Virus record (IMG/VR): IMGVR_UViG_3300028602_000005
Span: 178,137-242,136 of that record
Source of the DNA: a virus
Taxonomy: Duplodnaviria; Heunggongvirae; Uroviricota; Caudoviricetes
Direction: 5' to 3' (one strand)
DNA: 64,000 bases
Shown: positions 1 to 9,487 of the stretch, piece by piece
Numbering within the stretch: the stretch's first letter is position 1
How the letters are laid out: each line of letters opens with the position of its first letter
Made by a program: the position numbers and the translations under genes
Notes under the pieces: model-generated
Seen by the model: the letters and a program-made list of their open reading frames with translations, nothing else
What the model was told of the DNA's origin: nothing
The model's database searches: none

Positions 1-913
1 CAACAGCAGAAAAACCTTTTTTAAGTAATTGTGTTGTGGCAATTAAACTTTGCATGATCGGATTTCTAACAATTCCCTGCATAATTGAAACACCAATATC
101 TTTAGTTACACCAACTAAAGCATATCTTAAACCTCTTAATTCTTTTAAAATTTTATTTGATGTTTTTACTTCTTGTTCTCTAAGAGGATCAAATGCTTGT
201 TTAAGTATTGACGCTAATTTATCTATAGGAGTTACTATTTCAGCAGGGTGTAATCTAACCAATCCTCCTTTTTCAACAATACCTCCTTTAGCCATTTTAG
301 GTATTTCTTTTGCCTTATTCATCTTTATTTTTATAGGATCTTCTTTTGCATTATTTCTTCTTCTGTTTCTTTCGGAAATATTATATTTTAAGCTACTCCA
401 TCCAGATTTAATCTTTTTTCCTAAAAAATCTAAATTATAACTTTTTATTTTTTCCATAAAGTTTTGCCATACACTTGTTTCAAAAAATTTAGATGCAAAA
501 TATCCAAATATAGGAGTAGATTTTGAAAGAGACAATGCTAATAAATTTTGTTTATTTATATCAAGCTCTTTATTAATTATTTGACCATATTCTTTAATGG
601 TATCTTTCGTAGTAACTGCTGTTTCAACCATTATTTTTTTTGCATTTTTAGAAACATCTTCAATTATATATCCCATTTTCTTTAGGATTTTATCCATTGA
701 TTTTTCTACTTTTTGAATTCCTTTTGTATATCCAATTTCATTAATTTCTAATTTTCCACCCTTAGATTTCTTAACTAATTCATCTTGTTTTTTAGCAACG
801 CTATCTATACGTGAAGATATATTATTTATTTTCCTATCCTGTCTTTCTTCAAATTTTTGAATAATAGACGAATATGATGATATTCTTTTTGGGTCGAATG
901 CGTCTTCTTTCAA
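1..913 (-). CDS. Tape-measure-like / tail-associated protein, N-terminal part (runs off the window start)
   Basis: Not in the ORF track because no stop lies in the window. TTG start at 913 after an AAGGA RBS; open frame MKEDAFDPKRISS... Contains MAKGGIVEKGGLVRLHPAEIV, a motif typical of tape-measure/tail proteins; helical, Lys-rich. Confidence 0.55.
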   Translation of the reverse strand, partial: MKEDAFDPKRISSYSSIIQKFEERQDRKINNISSRIDSVAKKQDELVKKSKGGKLEINEIGYTKGIQKVEKSMDKILKKMGYIIEDVSKNAKKIMVETAVTTKDTIKEYGQIINKELDINKQNLLALSLSKSTPIFGYFASKFFETSVWQNFMEKIKSYNLDFLGKKIKSGWSSLKYNISERNRRRNNAKEDPIKIKMNKAKEIPKMAKGGIVEKGGLVRLHPAEIVTPIDKLASILKQAFDPLREQEVKTSNKILKELRGLRYALVGVTKDIGVSIMQGIVRNPIMQSLIATTQLLKKGFSAV

Positions 914-925
914 TTTATTTTTTCC

Positions 926-1849
926 TTATTTAAATTTAATAAATAATTTTCTTAAAGCTAGTGGCAACTCATCTATATCCATTAATTCAGAAAAAACACA
1001 AATTACTTCTGAAGGGACAAAAAGTTCCTGATAAAAAAATGAAACCTTTGATTGTATATTCTTCTTTATAATTTTTTCATATGAATTTTCGATAATATTG
1101 AAATAATGTTCAAATAGCTTTCCAAATACTCTTGGATCTGTATTATGTAAAGTTTGAAAAGAAAAATGTTGATATCTTAGTATTTTTCTTTCAAATGTTT
1201 CAGGATCATCTTTAGAATATTTTTTAAGTTTTCTTAAAGCATCAATATTCTTATTAAATACATCTGTTTTCCATAAAAGGGATTCATTTTCAACCATTAA
1301 ATTTACAATTTCTTTTATAGTATTTTTATAATTCTTTTTCTCATCTAAATTAAAATCATGATAAAATAAATTTTCATAAAAGGTATAAAGATATCTTCCA
1401 AAATGACTTAAGAATTCCTTTGCTCCTAATTCATCAGCCATCATATGAATTAATTCATGAATTGTATATTCAACTATTTGTTCGTTTGTAGAAACACCAA
1501 AAAAATTACTAGTATTATCAATTAAAATAAATATTTTATTTTCATTTCCCTCAAAGAAAGCCAATAATTTTGGTGATCCTTTATAGAATAATTTTTTTAT
1601 TATTTTTTTTAATATGATTGCGCCTATAGATTTTGTTGAAAAACATGGAACTATAATACCATTATCAACTAATTTACTAATATATTTTTCTATTTTGTTT
1701 GCTCTTTTAATATCTTTAAAAACTTCTTTAAATTTTTCTTTTAAATCATTTGATGAATATAATGTAATTCCAAATAAATCACCCACAGGATATAGGTTAA
1801 TAGGAACAGCAAATAATTCTGAAATAAATTCATTATCTTTTTTCATCAT
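926..1849 (-). CDS. Hypothetical protein with HExxH zincin-like motif
   Basis: 307 aa, TIHELIHM plus a downstream QELF..SE; lies in the late block. Confidence 0.5.
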   Translation of the reverse strand: MMKKDNEFISELFAVPINLYPVGDLFGITLYSSNDLKEKFKEVFKDIKRANKIEKYISKLVDNGIIVPCFSTKSIGAIILKKIIKKLFYKGSPKLLAFFEGNENKIFILIDNTSNFFGVSTNEQIVEYTIHELIHMMADELGAKEFLSHFGRYLYTFYENLFYHDFNLDEKKNYKNTIKEIVNLMVENESLLWKTDVFNKNIDALRKLKKYSKDDPETFERKILRYQHFSFQTLHNTDPRVFGKLFEHYFNIIENSYEKIIKKNIQSKVSFFYQELFVPSEVICVFSELMDIDELPLALRKLFIKFK

Positions 1850-1858
1850 AAATCCCCT

Positions 1859-3535
1859 TTATAAATCAGAAAGAACTTTAAACATATCGACAAATAATCC
1901 ATCCTGTGTTTTAGTTCCCATTTTATTATCTATTAAAAATTTAGCTTTATTCTTTAAGTCTATATTCAATGATTGCATTTTATTATCTTTAAATTCCTGT
2001 GTATCATTATCAGTGAATCGAACAATTTTATTATCATCATTAAGATCAATAATATCTTTGAAAAATGAATCATCTCTTGAAAATTCATCACTTAACATTA
2101 ATGGTGGATCATATTTTCTAACATAAAATGTAAAAGCAGTAGCTAAAGTTAAGTCATCATTTTCCCCAATATCTGCTTGAACTTTTCCATTATGTTCAAC
2201 TAAACCTATGAGTTCATTTATAAGTCGTTCTGAATAAATATTATGAGGAAATTGAACAATGTAAGAATAAAGAGCATCTATCATTAAAGGTCTTGTTAAT
2301 GTATTCGTATTTAATCCAGGAACAACAATATTACTTGATTTTTTATATTGATATAACATTCCAGAATATTCACTTAAAGATAATGTTTCAGAAACTTGAT
2401 TTCCGTAACTATTATTTTCGGGAATAACTAATCCTTGATATTGGGAACAAGCAAATTTAACAACTTTTGAAAAATTAGTTACTGATGTTTTAACCTGATA
2501 TTCCCATACTTGTTCTAATGTTACATAATCAAATACTTCAATTGTCGAATAGTCATTTCCAAATTCAGATGCTGTATCTACACCGATTAAATAATTTTTT
2601 CCAGGAACAGGATCTGCAAATACCCAAACTTCTCCCCCAAACAGTTTAAATCTTTCTTTTGGGTCTTTTTTATTTTCTTGTAATTTACTTATAGTTTCAT
2701 CTGGAAAAAATGATCCTGATGAGGCAACAAATTGCATTTCTAATTCTTGTTTAATTTTCTTTTGATCATATGCAAGAAGTTTACATTGATTCTCATACCA
2801 TAATGGATCATTTGCTAATTCTGGAATATTTCTCCAATGAATTTTAAATTCTTTGAAAATATCTTTATTACTTACAGCAGATTTATATTTTTCATAATAC
2901 CATTTTCCCACACCTTGAGTTTTATTCGGAGTGGATAATATTACAGTTCCATAAGGAACACCTGCTTTTCTAGCTTGCATTTGATTTGTAGAAAGGGCTG
3001 GAACCATTGAGGTCCAAGCTTCATCTATAAATTTAATGAACGCTGCTTCATCTATGACTAAAAATGTAATAGCTTTACCTCTAAGACATTTTTCAGGTGA
3101 TGCTGGTGCTACAGGAGAAGCATAAACCTTTGATCCATTTTTTAAAATAAATGACTGTTCAGTATATTTATCATATCCAGGCTGAAGCCATTTTGGTATT
3201 TTATCAATCATTTTTCTAATATCTCTGGCAAAAACTGTGGCTTCAGAAGCATCTTTAGAAACAATACCCACAACAACATTATCATGAAATATTGTCAACC
3301 AAACACAATATGCTTTAAGAATAGTTGAAATTCCAATCTGTCTTGATTTAATAACAAAAATATATTTTTCTCTTTCTATAGCATCTAATAATTCAACCTG
3401 TTTATCATAAGGTTTAAAATATTCATCACCACCTGGTAATTCAAGAAGAATATAATTTCTTATAAAATAATCATAATTTTCACTACATCGAATGAACTCA
3501 TTTAATTGATCTTCTTTCTTTTGAGTTAAAATCAT
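1859..3535 (-). CDS. terL: Terminase large subunit (T4 gp17-like)
   Basis: Walker A-like KSRQIGIST, LRG, Walker B VIDEAAF, motif III STPN, nuclease motifs GVDTA...DYS, ENN, DDL. Confidence 0.95.
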   Translation of the reverse strand: MILTQKKEDQLNEFIRCSENYDYFIRNYILLELPGGDEYFKPYDKQVELLDAIEREKYIFVIKSRQIGISTILKAYCVWLTIFHDNVVVGIVSKDASEATVFARDIRKMIDKIPKWLQPGYDKYTEQSFILKNGSKVYASPVAPASPEKCLRGKAITFLVIDEAAFIKFIDEAWTSMVPALSTNQMQARKAGVPYGTVILSTPNKTQGVGKWYYEKYKSAVSNKDIFKEFKIHWRNIPELANDPLWYENQCKLLAYDQKKIKQELEMQFVASSGSFFPDETISKLQENKKDPKERFKLFGGEVWVFADPVPGKNYLIGVDTASEFGNDYSTIEVFDYVTLEQVWEYQVKTSVTNFSKVVKFACSQYQGLVIPENNSYGNQVSETLSLSEYSGMLYQYKKSSNIVVPGLNTNTLTRPLMIDALYSYIVQFPHNIYSERLINELIGLVEHNGKVQADIGENDDLTLATAFTFYVRKYDPPLMLSDEFSRDDSFFKDIIDLNDDNKIVRFTDNDTQEFKDNKMQSLNIDLKNKAKFLIDNKMGTKTQDGLFVDMFKVLSDL

Positions 3536-3568
3536 TTTTTGTTTTTTTTTAAAACTCCAAATTATATT

Positions 3569-4039
3569 TTATTTAATATAATTTACTAATCTAGGAATAA
3601 CATCATCATAGTATTTACTTAAATCTTCATTAGACAAAGCCATAGAATTAAATGTTAATCCTCTAATTTTATTATCTAAAGAATCTGATGTAAGAGAACG
3701 AATACTTGAATTGTTTTCAAAAACTATTAAATCTTTTCTTACTGTTATATATTTAGGTTTAATATTTTCTGGTAAATCTCTAATTAATTTTTTAATATCT
3801 TGCATATTAGTTATTGCTTCATTTATATCTTTAGATACAATAGCAACATTCATATTACTTTTAAATGTTGTTAACCAAATATAATATAATTTCATTCTTA
3901 TATTTGAATAACTGACTTTTTTAGATTTTATAAAAACTATTTTTTTATCTCTATCAAATTCTGAAAGATCTTTATCATTAAAAAAATAACTGGAAAAAAC
4001 ATCAAAGCGTTTAGAGTATTCTATATAATCTTTTTTCAT
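3569..4039 (-). CDS. Degenerate paralogue of the terminase ATPase N-terminal subdomain
   Basis: Colinear with TerL residues ~55-165: FIKSKK/VIKSRQ, YYIWLTTF/YCVWLTIF, VAIVSKD..EA/VGIVSKD..EA, LPENIKP/IPKWLQP, FENNS/LKNGS, IRG/LRG. Walker B DE is absent. Confidence 0.75.
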   Translation of the reverse strand: MKKDYIEYSKRFDVFSSYFFNDKDLSEFDRDKKIVFIKSKKVSYSNIRMKLYYIWLTTFKSNMNVAIVSKDINEAITNMQDIKKLIRDLPENIKPKYITVRKDLIVFENNSSIRSLTSDSLDNKIRGLTFNSMALSNEDLSKYYDDVIPRLVNYIK

Positions 4040-4062
4040 AAATATTCCTTTCCTTTCTTTTA

Positions 4063-4074
4063 ATTTTGTTCTAA
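4063..4074 (-). promoter_or_regulatory. Putative late promoter TTAGAACAAAAT
   Basis: Exact 12-mer also at 5522-5533(-) and 6572-6583(+); heads the terminase operon. Confidence 0.65.
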
Positions 4075-4101
4075 ATTTTTTTCAATCTTGAGAAATTATA
4101 G

Positions 4102-4112
4102 TATATATATTA
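4102..4112 (+). promoter_or_regulatory. Putative early promoter TATATATATTA
   Basis: Motif recurs upstream of several small genes, followed by an A-run and a GAGGAGG RBS. Confidence 0.6.
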
Positions 4113-4140
4113 TTTAATATAAAAAAACGAGGAGGTTGTT

Positions 4141-4536
4141 ATGCAAACTTATACTTTTTATATTACTGATGAAAATTTTGATAAGGAAATTAAAAATGAT
4201 TATGTTGGAGAGCTTGTTAGAAATATAAAAGATATTGATTATTTTGATATTGCAGATTTTAATGATCTATGTGTGATTGGAGGAATATTATTATCTATAT
4301 TGAGAAGAAAAAAATATATTTCGAAAAAAATTATTGAAGAAATAAAAGAAGATTATTCTTTTATTTCAGAAGTATTCAATTTTAAGGAAACTATAAATCA
4401 AGAGATTGATAAATTAATGGAAATTGCATTAAACACTATAATAAATTTATTAAAATATGCAAATGTTCCATTTAATATAAATCAAAATGCAAATGAAATA
4501 TTTATAGAATTATTGCATCCAGATTTAAAACCTTAA
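4141..4536 (+). CDS. Hypothetical early protein
   Basis: 131 aa, strong GAGGAGG RBS, own promoter motif. Confidence 0.75.
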   Translation: MQTYTFYITDENFDKEIKNDYVGELVRNIKDIDYFDIADFNDLCVIGGILLSILRRKKYISKKIIEEIKEDYSFISEVFNFKETINQEIDKLMEIALNTIINLLKYANVPFNINQNANEIFIELLHPDLKP

Positions 4537-4648
4537 AATTAGAATTATATTCTAATTATATTACACACACGTATAAACAAAGGAGATTTAATCTAGCTGA
4601 TAAAAGTTCTGTAAAATTCTATTTTGAATCTGAAATTTAGAATTGTTT

Positions 4649-4662
4649 TATATATATTAATT
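4649..4662 (+). promoter_or_regulatory. Putative early promoter TATATATATTAATT
   Basis: Identical 14-mer at 6499-6512(-); both copies have TGAAATTT starting 18 nt upstream. Confidence 0.65.
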
Positions 4663-4692
4663 GATGAATAAAAAAACTTGAGGAGGTTTTTT

Positions 4693-5040
4693 ATGAACTA
4701 CGAATTTACAGGAAATAAAGAAAAAGTAAACAATATAATGAAAAAAGGATTAAAAAGAAAAGTGTTTTATCATCACTTATCAAAACAAGAAGTGGATAAG
4801 TTTTATAATTCTATTATAATTATTATTCATTTCTTAATAGAAGGTATTGAGGAAAACACCTTCGATGATTTATTAATATGTCAACACATGTTCAATCCTT
4901 TATTAAATGAACTATTACCTGGAGAAAAATATGATAAATTAATTACTATAAGTAAAGATATCATTATTGATATCTTAAAAAATCACAAAGATGTAACAGT
5001 AACAGAAAAAGAAAATATGTTATTAGTACATTTTAATTAA
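4693..5040 (+). CDS. Hypothetical early protein, probable paralogue of 4141..4536
   Basis: ATG at 4693 follows GAGGAGG. C-terminus DKLITISKDIIIDILK resembles DKLMEIALNTIINLLK. Confidence 0.7.
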   Translation: MNYEFTGNKEKVNNIMKKGLKRKVFYHHLSKQEVDKFYNSIIIIIHFLIEGIEENTFDDLLICQHMFNPLLNELLPGEKYDKLITISKDIIIDILKNHKDVTVTEKENMLLVHFN

Positions 5041-5044
5041 AAAT

Positions 5045-5086
5045 AAAAAATAACATAAATGAATTTATCATTTATGTTATTTTTTT
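5045..5086. terminator. Bidirectional intrinsic terminator
   Basis: Perfect inverted repeat AAAAATAACATAAATGA/TCATTTATGTTATTTTT between convergent genes. Confidence 0.75.
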
Positions 5087-5487
5087 GCCTCGTTTTCCAT
5101 TTTTTCAAGTCTTGTGTAGTAATCACTTATCTCTTCTAAATGATCCTTTGCTATTTCTCTAGCTATTAAAATATCATTAGTGTGTTCTGTTTCTACTTCT
5201 ATACCCATTGTCAATTGTTTAAAATCATATTTTGAATCTGGTTCATCTACATGCTTACCAACATTATTTAAATAATGTGAATATTGCTTGGCTACATACA
5301 TATATAAATCTTCTGGCAATATTCCAATTTTTTTGGCTAATTCTTTTATATCATTTAATGATTTATAATCATTATTTCTGAAATATTTTTTTACTTCATA
5401 TTCCTGAGTATCTGTAAATCTTCTAACTAATGGTGATGGTAGTAGATTTTCTAAAAGAATATTTTTATATTCATCATCATTTTTCAT
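5077..5487 (-). CDS. DUF5661-like protein
   Basis: QLTMGIEVETEHT...AREIAKDHLEE..DYYTRL..ME pattern; preceded by the late motif. Confidence 0.65.
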   Translation of the reverse strand: MKNDDEYKNILLENLLPSPLVRRFTDTQEYEVKKYFRNNDYKSLNDIKELAKKIGILPEDLYMYVAKQYSHYLNNVGKHVDEPDSKYDFKQLTMGIEVETEHTNDILIAREIAKDHLEEISDYYTRLEKMENEAKK

Positions 5488-5521
5488 AATAAATAAATCC
5501 CCTTTAAATTATTAATATATT

Positions 5522-5533
5522 ATTTTGTTCTAA
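5522..5533 (-). promoter_or_regulatory. Putative late promoter TTAGAACAAAAT
   Basis: Exact repeat of the 12-mer, ~35 nt upstream of the ATG at 5487. Confidence 0.65.
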
Positions 5534-5551
5534 GTATAAAAATAAACAAAA

Positions 5552-5617
5552 AAATAACACATGCAAGATTATCTCACATGTGTTATTTGTATATTAAGAT
5601 AATTATATTATCTTAAT
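5552..5617 (-). terminator. Double-hairpin terminator-like unit (copy 1)
   Basis: Hairpin TAAGATAAT-ATA-ATTATCTTA followed by a long hairpin with G-U pairs on the minus strand and a U-rich tail. Confidence 0.5.
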
Positions 5618-5757
5618 TATATATTCTTCTCCTTTTCCTTTCTCCATTTCAAATCTACCATTATTTTTAATGGAGGATACAATAGATAAAATGAAGATTT
5701 CAAAAAAAATAAAAATTTTATATTCTTAATTATACATATAATTTTATAATAAAAAAA

Positions 5758-5819
5758 AGAGTATAAATCATAATGATCTATACTCTCTTTATACATAAGA
5801 TAACTATGTTATCTTATGT
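5758..5819 (-). terminator. Double-hairpin terminator (copy 2) after 5821..6471
   Basis: Perfect hairpin ACATAAGATAAC/GTTATCTTATGT, then AGAGTATAGATCA/TGATTTATACTCT plus a U-tract. Confidence 0.65.
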
Positions 5820-5820
5820 T

Positions 5821-6471
5821 TTATTCATTTCCTCCTTCATTCTCATTTTCTTCTTTTGATGTTATGGTTTTAAAAGTTTCGATAAATCTTTCCAGTCTTT
5901 CGATGATTTCTCCAAATTCTTTGGTATCCTCATCGAACCCCATGTCATCTTCGACAATGTTGAGTTGTTTCTTCAGAGTTTCTCCAAGAAATTCTAATTT
6001 CCTGAAGTATATTGGGTTATCCTTTTTATAACCCTCATATATTCGTTTGACGGTTTCATCAAGAGCCTCAGCTTCAGATATATCAGGCATAGAGTTAAGA
6101 TCTTCGATAATTTCTTCGAATTTTTCAATTGAAGTATTTTTACCGAAGTTATTAAATCTATCTATCATTCTATTAACTATGTCAATAACTTTATTATCAC
6201 TTACTATAATGATAATAAGTTGTTCAACATCGTCAATAGTTTCTATGACGAGCTTTTTAAAGTTTTCATCACTCACAACTTCCTTTACTAAAGAAAAAAC
6301 ATTGGAGTAATTACCTAGAATTCGCTGAAAGACGTTCTTTGTTACATTGAAACAAATCTCAGTGGAAACTATTTGATATATCATTTCCACCATTCCTTTA
6401 TAATGGTCAAATCTGACCATTCCCAAAACAAACTGATAGAAACCCATTACTGTATTCAACATATTAAACAT
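5821..6471 (-). CDS. Hypothetical early protein (acidic, helical)
   Basis: GAGGAGG RBS places the start at MFNML; early promoter motif upstream. Confidence 0.7.
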   Translation of the reverse strand: MFNMLNTVMGFYQFVLGMVRFDHYKGMVEMIYQIVSTEICFNVTKNVFQRILGNYSNVFSLVKEVVSDENFKKLVIETIDDVEQLIIIIVSDNKVIDIVNRMIDRFNNFGKNTSIEKFEEIIEDLNSMPDISEAEALDETVKRIYEGYKKDNPIYFRKLEFLGETLKKQLNIVEDDMGFDEDTKEFGEIIERLERFIETFKTITSKEENENEGGNE

Positions 6472-6498
6472 AACAAACCTCCTCATTTTTTTATTACT

Positions 6499-6512
6499 AA
6501 TTAATATATATA
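6499..6512 (-). promoter_or_regulatory. Putative early promoter TATATATATTAATT
   Basis: Identical to 4649-4662. Confidence 0.65.
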
Positions 6513-6571
6513 GCTAAAATGAAAATTTCAGAAAAAAATTTTTATGTAATTATTTATGGATTTTAAAATAT

Positions 6572-6583
6572 TTAGAACAAAAT
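6572..6583 (+). promoter_or_regulatory. Putative late promoter TTAGAACAAAAT
   Basis: Third exact copy, upstream of 6620. Confidence 0.65.
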
Positions 6584-6619
6584 ATAAACATAAAAGAATT
6601 AATTTTGGAGGTTTAAAAA

Positions 6620-7870
6620 TTGTCGGAATCAATAGATGTTGGTAAAAGAAAACTTATTCCAACTAGATCTTATGATATTAAAATAGTAATTAAAGATAAA
6701 GATTATACTGCGAATTTATCAACTGTTAGAATTTTAAATTCTTTAGTTATGCCTTATCCTTTGATTTTATTTGAATTATTTATTGATCCAACTGATGTTA
6801 TTCTTGAAAAAATTTATGGTAAAGAACCAATTTATTTAAATATTAGATTATTAGGTAGAAGTAATGAATCAGATGTTTTTGAAGAAACAAATTTCGAATT
6901 AATGTCAACTGGAAATGATATGCCTTTAATACAAAAATCTACCTTTTATGAAAAATCTTATACACCTTTAAAATTAGTTTTCACTACTGTTCCAAGAAGT
7001 TCTTTTTCAACAGCAACAACTTTCATAAATACAATTGGTTTCAATACTACCCCAAGAAATCTTATTTCTAATTTAGTTAGTAGATATACTGGAGCTTTTT
7101 TAGATTATGACACAAATAAAGAAAACTTAAATACTATCGGACAAATTCTTTTACCACCAGCTACTCTTTATAATACCATTCAAGAAATAGATAGTTTACA
7201 TGGATTACATAATGGAGCTACATCTGTATATTGTCGATATAATAATGTATTATCTGTAATGAATTTAACTGAAAGAATATATAGAAATCAAATATTTACT
7301 ATAACACATTTATCTACAGACACTGATAATTCTAAAATAATAGAAGAAAGCGTAGATGGGAAACATTTTTATACATATTTCCCAATTAAAACTGATTTTC
7401 AAAATAATTCAAAATTTATGGAATTAGCAAAAAATATAAAATATATATTAAAACCAGACGATAGATTATATTACAAAATAGAAAAAAATTTGGAATCAGT
7501 ATGTAATTCTTATGGATTAATATCATCTAATGGATATGTAGATTTATTTATAGATCCAGAATTAGAAAAAAGAATTAAATATGAATTATATCCAGGTTCA
7601 GGTAATCTTTCAGACATCTTTATTAATTCATATTTATCAAAACAGATAGCTGATTTATCTCAAATAGAATTACAAATAGAAAAAAATTTCCCAATAGAAG
7701 GATTAATGAACGTAGGATGTCCAGTAAATTTCAGAGCTAAAAGTATTGATTACACAGACTTTGTAGGAAAATATATACTTAAATCTTCTGATATATCTTT
7801 TACTAGAACAACTCCAGATTGGAGGTCTGTTTCTTCTTTATATTTGATAAGAACAAATAAAATAAAATAA
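6620..7870 (+). CDS. Putative virion structural protein (baseplate hub-like)
   Basis: 416 aa, GGAGG RBS, late motif; beta-rich with C-terminal VG..V.F....D..GKYIL pattern like hub proteins. Confidence 0.45.
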   Translation: MSESIDVGKRKLIPTRSYDIKIVIKDKDYTANLSTVRILNSLVMPYPLILFELFIDPTDVILEKIYGKEPIYLNIRLLGRSNESDVFEETNFELMSTGNDMPLIQKSTFYEKSYTPLKLVFTTVPRSSFSTATTFINTIGFNTTPRNLISNLVSRYTGAFLDYDTNKENLNTIGQILLPPATLYNTIQEIDSLHGLHNGATSVYCRYNNVLSVMNLTERIYRNQIFTITHLSTDTDNSKIIEESVDGKHFYTYFPIKTDFQNNSKFMELAKNIKYILKPDDRLYYKIEKNLESVCNSYGLISSNGYVDLFIDPELEKRIKYELYPGSGNLSDIFINSYLSKQIADLSQIELQIEKNFPIEGLMNVGCPVNFRAKSIDYTDFVGKYILKSSDISFTRTTPDWRSVSSLYLIRTNKIK

Positions 7871-7871
7871 A

Positions 7872-7910
7872 AAAAAAGAATCCTAATAATTAATATTAGG
7901 ACTCTTTTTT
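7872..7910. terminator. Bidirectional intrinsic terminator
   Basis: TCCTAATA/TATTAGGA stem flanked by A- and T-tracts, between convergent genes. Confidence 0.7.
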
Positions 7911-7915
7911 ATTTT

Positions 7916-8827
7916 TTAAACTTCTATCTTAAGAGCAGAAACCATCTTTTCAGGAAGAATAAGAATTTTCTCAACAATATTATCTAGGAGATTTTTCATA
8001 TTGATGTTACCTTCTTTTGCAGTATATTTAGAAATTGCCAAAAACATATCCCAACTTGAAATAACACCATTTTTGGCATAATCATCATCTTCACCAATAT
8101 TTAAATTATTAGCTACCTCAATTCTTTTTTTCTTTCCAAGTTTTTCTATAGTTTCAAGTGTATCGAGAACTGTTTTGAAACTTAATTTATTATTCATATT
8201 TTCTTTAATAAAATCAACAATCCCTCCAGCAAATTCTGATACATAATTATCAACATTAATTATATTTGTTTTTGAATTTTCAATATGAATTTTTCTCATA
8301 TCTATAATGGAATGTGTAAAATTAAATTGAGCAAGTGTATCTTTATCATTATCTTTACTTAATATTGTAATTCCAAATCTTACATCTTGTGAACCTTTTC
8401 CATCATAACTATTGAATATAGATATTGTTGGAAAAATATCACCAATTTCCAATGATTGAACATCTGATGAGAATGCAATTACATACATCATTCTTGAATA
8501 AAATTGTGATAAAACTATCTTTTCTTTGATAATTTTAAGATCTTTATATTCATTTAAAAATTCGATAACACCTTTAATTAATTTTTCATTTCCTTCGAAT
8601 TTATAATAATCAGAAACTATTCCCACCAATTTATAATTCTTAACAGAATCTTCTAAATTCTTAGTAAAAACACCAAGATATGGGATGTTTCTCTTTCCAT
8701 CAATCGTTTGTAAATATTCATAACTAACACAACTATACCTATCAATATACTCAAAAGTATATGGGCAAATAGGTATTAACCCCATCGATTCAGCTCTATT
8801 CCCAAAAGAATAATTCATTATTTTCAC
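7916..8827 (-). CDS. DUF932/DUF945-like protein
   Basis: IFPTISIFNSYDGKGS..V.FG motif. Confidence 0.5.
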   Translation of the reverse strand: MKIMNYSFGNRAESMGLIPICPYTFEYIDRYSCVSYEYLQTIDGKRNIPYLGVFTKNLEDSVKNYKLVGIVSDYYKFEGNEKLIKGVIEFLNEYKDLKIIKEKIVLSQFYSRMMYVIAFSSDVQSLEIGDIFPTISIFNSYDGKGSQDVRFGITILSKDNDKDTLAQFNFTHSIIDMRKIHIENSKTNIINVDNYVSEFAGGIVDFIKENMNNKLSFKTVLDTLETIEKLGKKKRIEVANNLNIGEDDDYAKNGVISSWDMFLAISKYTAKEGNINMKNLLDNIVEKILILPEKMVSALKIEV

Positions 8828-9476
8828 TGTTCCTTTCTATTATTGCTCTCAAATAAATATTTCTTCCGTCATATTTAAAATTTTTAGTTATTGTTTTAAG
8901 ATTAAATCTTCCTTCATATTCAAAAAAATACATCAATCTTTCTGCTGTCCAAATTGATAAATGAGGATCATCTGTTTCATTGACAATTTCACTTGATATT
9001 ATGATATTATTTTTATCAAAATCTTTTGAATTTACATCTTCATTACAAACCATTGAAGCTAGCTCATTGAAATCAGGTACAATTATATCCAATAATGTTC
9101 CTTCATTACATATAGTTGACAATAGATATATAAAATAAAGAACTTTATCAAATGGTATATGTTCAAGAAATCTATGCATTACTATTAAATCAAATTTTAA
9201 TCGTGTGTGATTTATAAATGAAAAAACATCATTTGAAATATAAAATGTTGAAGGAGTATCATATTTTATTTTATCAACTACAAATAATCTTTCTATTTCA
9301 TGAATATCACGATCTAATTCATATTGAATATAATTTTTATCTAAATTAAAGGAAACAGGCGGTTTAATAAAATTTGAAAGATGATTTATTATAGTTGTAT
9401 TTATATTATTTAAAAGATCATATTCTATTTTTCCCGCACCAATATTTAAAACCAAAGGATTTCTAAGTTTTCTCAT
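8796..9476 (-). CDS. SAM-dependent methyltransferase-like protein
   Basis: VLNIGAGK (motif I), FDLIVMHRFLEHIP, G.LLDIIVPD. Confidence 0.7.
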   Translation of the reverse strand: MRKLRNPLVLNIGAGKIEYDLLNNINTTIINHLSNFIKPPVSFNLDKNYIQYELDRDIHEIERLFVVDKIKYDTPSTFYISNDVFSFINHTRLKFDLIVMHRFLEHIPFDKVLYFIYLLSTICNEGTLLDIIVPDFNELASMVCNEDVNSKDFDKNNIIISSEIVNETDDPHLSIWTAERLMYFFEYEGRFNLKTITKNFKYDGRNIYLRAIIERNSENNELFFWE

Positions 9477-9487
9477 TTTTAACCTTT

